Below the pieces are notes generated by a model. The model saw only the letters and a list, made by a program, of their open reading frames with translations, had not been told where the DNA came from and made no database searches. 64,000 bases of DNA from an uncultured cyanobacterium (GTDB taxonomy: Bacteria; Cyanobacteriota; Cyanobacteriia; CAKZMO01): the NCBI GenBank assembly GCA_963719515.1, contig CAVRCJ010000017.1, positions 1-64,000 on the forward strand. Direction: 5' to 3'. Both the position numbers and the translations under genes were made by a program. This document shows positions 61,799 to 64,000 of the stretch, piece after piece (position 1 is the first letter of the stretch; every line of letters begins with the position of its first letter).

Positions 61799-62551
61799 AT
61801 GGCCGAGGTATTCAAAATTGGAAGCCGCTCTGTTGAGGCTGCCGACGTTCTGCCGCTGATGGCAGGCTATCAGATGCTGCCTAAATTTATTCAGGAGCTG
61901 GTGATCGACGATGCGATCGCCGATATCGACTGCACGGCGGAGGAAGCGCAGCAGGCGCAGCAGGCTTTTTATACCCAAAACAAGCTATCTGACGAGGCTT
62001 CAAAGCAGTCTTGGCTGGCAGCCTACGGTATGAGTGGCGAGCAGCTAGACGCGCTGGCGCTGCGTGAGCTAAAAATTGAGCGGTTCAAGCAGCACACCTG
62101 GGGGGCCAAGCTGGAGTCTTACTTCCTTGAGCGGAAGGGCAAACTGGATAAAGTCATCTATTCGCTGATCCGCACGAAGGACGTTGGCATTGCTCAAGAA
62201 ATCTACTTTCGAATTCTAGAGGGCGAGCAGCCGCTCTCGGAGCTGGCGAGCAAATATTCTCAAGGGCCTGAGGCCCAGACAGATGGGCTCATCGGTCCCG
62301 TAGAGTTGAGCGTTCCTCACCCTACCCTTGCCAAAATGCTCTCCGTCAGCCAGCCCGGTCAGCTGTGTCCGCCTACCCGCGTCGGCGAGTGGGTGGTGAT
62401 CGTTCGGCTAGAGCGCTTTGTGCCGGCCCAGCTCGACGACCCTATGCGGCAAAGGCTTCTGAACGAGTGTTTTCAGACGTGGCTGCAGAAGGAAACGCGG
62501 CAGGCGCAGGCTTCGGGAACGGCGGAGGCGTCCCTATCGTCCCCAAGCTAG
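61799..62551 (+). CDS. PpiC-type peptidyl-prolyl isomerase-like protein
   Basis: YSLIR, AQEIYFRI, LASKYSQGPE..GLIGP motifs; precedes an HlyB-type transporter. Confidence 0.9.
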   Translation: MAEVFKIGSRSVEAADVLPLMAGYQMLPKFIQELVIDDAIADIDCTAEEAQQAQQAFYTQNKLSDEASKQSWLAAYGMSGEQLDALALRELKIERFKQHTWGAKLESYFLERKGKLDKVIYSLIRTKDVGIAQEIYFRILEGEQPLSELASKYSQGPEAQTDGLIGPVELSVPHPTLAKMLSVSQPGQLCPPTRVGEWVVIVRLERFVPAQLDDPMRQRLLNECFQTWLQKETRQAQASGTAEASLSSPS

Positions 62552-62693
62552 TCGTAACCCGGTAGTGCCCCCTCGGGGCCGCCAAGCCACAGCTGCATCT
62601 TCCTATTCCTATAATTTATTTGAGCTACCCTGACGCTGCGCTTCATTTCCTATACCCAAACTGCCTCTTTGCGATCGCCTTATTGATGTTGCT

Positions 62694-64000
62694 ATGACTT
62701 ATACCAAAAGCACTATCCAAGGGTTTCTGGAAAGTATTCCGCCCTTTAATCAGCTGCCCCAAAGCACCCTCAAGCGGCTGTCATCGCAGCTCAAGCTGCT
62801 GCGCTACCGGATGGGACAGGCCGTTTTGGTGCGGGATAAAATGCCCGCCAATATTGCCATTATTTACGAAGGGCAGGCCCGCCTGCTGGCCTATGACCCC
62901 CGCACCGAAAAGCCCCAAACTCTGCAGCTCCTACAGCCCGGAGCCGTACTAGGCTGGGTAGGGCTGGTGCGGGGCGTTCCCTGTGAGACGGCGATCGCCT
63001 CCGTTGAGACGATCTGCTTGACCATGCCGGCCCTAGATTTTTTGGCCGTTTTGGAAGGGGAGCCGATTCTTGCTCAAAACTTCCGTCAGCGCGTTTCGCT
63101 CCTAGAATCGTTTGACCTACTGGGGGCTGAAATTCATCGCCGCGCCATTGGCGAGGCCGACCTCAAGCACATTGCTGAACTGGGGGAAGCGGAAGCGATC
63201 GTGGAGAACATTCCTTCTGGGCAGTCCTCTCTCAGTGCCCTAGACCCCAACCGCATCTGGTTCGTCAGCGGCGGCGGGTCAATTGCCAACCACGCCGTGG
63301 GCACCCGGCTGGGTGTCGACCCCAACAATGAGTCCTCCATCACCGTCACGGGCTCCTATCCGGCCCGATTGGTGGGCTTCCCCGGCGCGGTTCTGCGGAC
63401 CCAAGCGCGGCTGTCTGGGTCTGGGGCCGATTCGGCGATCGCCCCCGTAGATGCTGACGCCGCAGACAGCGATTTTCCCTACGCCCCTGAGCGGCCAGAA
63501 GCCCTCGAAACCCCGGTTTTCAAAGAAGAGAGCAACCGCAAGAAGGGGCCAGGCGACTATCTCTTTGTCTCCGGTCGGGGCGATGTTGACGGCGCGATGG
63601 CCTGTTTTCAGATGCTGGCCCGGTACTTCAACTTGCCTTTTCGCCGAGATGTGGTGCGGCGAGTGCTCAAAGAGCAGGTAGAGCGCATGGGGGGGCTGTC
63701 TCTGGAGCTGTGCGGCGCGATCACCGAGATGATGGGGGTACAGGCCCAGCTGGTGACGGTTCCCGCGAGCGCCTTGGGGCGCTTAGAGGCTCCGGTGCTC
63801 ACCAAGTGGCAGGGCAGCCTGGTGTTGATGTATGACATCACCCCCCAGGAGGCGATCGTCGCGCTGCCGGAGACCGGGGTTCTACGCCGCCCTATCGAAG
63901 ACATTGCTAAGACCTGGGGAGAAGAGACCGAGGATGGCTCGCGCAAAGGGCAAGTGCTCTTGTTCCGGCTGACCAAGCAGTCTCCCCAAAAGCGCTTTGG
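62694..64000 (+). CDS. Type I secretion ABC transporter (cNMP-like + C39-like HlyB family), truncated by the window end
   Basis: From ATG 62694: MTYTKSTIQGFLESIPPFNQL..LRYRMGQ..IYEGQARLL, later ACFQMLARYFNLPFRRD and final PQKRF. Absent from the ORF track because there is no stop in the window. Confidence 0.85.
   Translation, partial: MTYTKSTIQGFLESIPPFNQLPQSTLKRLSSQLKLLRYRMGQAVLVRDKMPANIAIIYEGQARLLAYDPRTEKPQTLQLLQPGAVLGWVGLVRGVPCETAIASVETICLTMPALDFLAVLEGEPILAQNFRQRVSLLESFDLLGAEIHRRAIGEADLKHIAELGEAEAIVENIPSGQSSLSALDPNRIWFVSGGGSIANHAVGTRLGVDPNNESSITVTGSYPARLVGFPGAVLRTQARLSGSGADSAIAPVDADAADSDFPYAPERPEALETPVFKEESNRKKGPGDYLFVSGRGDVDGAMACFQMLARYFNLPFRRDVVRRVLKEQVERMGGLSLELCGAITEMMGVQAQLVTVPASALGRLEAPVLTKWQGSLVLMYDITPQEAIVALPETGVLRRPIEDIAKTWGEETEDGSRKGQVLLFRLTKQSPQKRF

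Larger units (their letters stand above)
1..64000. repeat. HIP1 octamer GCGATCGC dispersed throughout
   Basis: Many occurrences (e.g. 561, 748, 767, 811), a cyanobacterial genome signature. Confidence 0.95.

Noticed and set aside
1..64000. tRNA, rRNA, integrase or prophage genes
   Set aside because: None recognised by eye. A tRNAscan-SE/Infernal run would be needed to exclude them formally.

Overview
This is a GC-rich cyanobacterial chromosome segment. HIP1 (GCGATCGC) is abundant, and petCA, ndhM, ycf46 and Tab2 are present. Most of the window is conserved housekeeping genes: gloB, galE, the rpmH-rnpA-yidC-jag-yceD-ycf46 cluster, def, ftsX, aat, rpsN, cobO, purU, petCA, serA, prmA, ribBA, argC, mtnP, ilvB, murE, two-component genes, and the start of a PPIase-HlyB type I secretion locus. 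The most striking accessory signal is a pair of related IS200/IS605-type elements. One lies at the left edge: a tnpB start, a divergent ribbon-helix-helix gene, and a left end inserted right after the gloB stop codon. The other is a 392-bp ORF-less element at 8557-8948. It shares a 65-bp identical left junction (5-bp TTTAG target plus 60 bp of left end) and carries its own extended -10 promoter and a ~250-nt highly structured RNA ending at the right end, so it is a candidate stand-alone, mobile omegaRNA/guide cassette. Other candidates are a PP2C / decayed NB-ARC / CHAT-FHA / FHA-PrsW phospho-proteolytic cluster, a small ORF with a two-state leader and a divergent structured RNA, structured leaders before serA and a DUF2325 gene, and tandem SulP paralogues. 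All calls come from reading the sequence; no searches were run.
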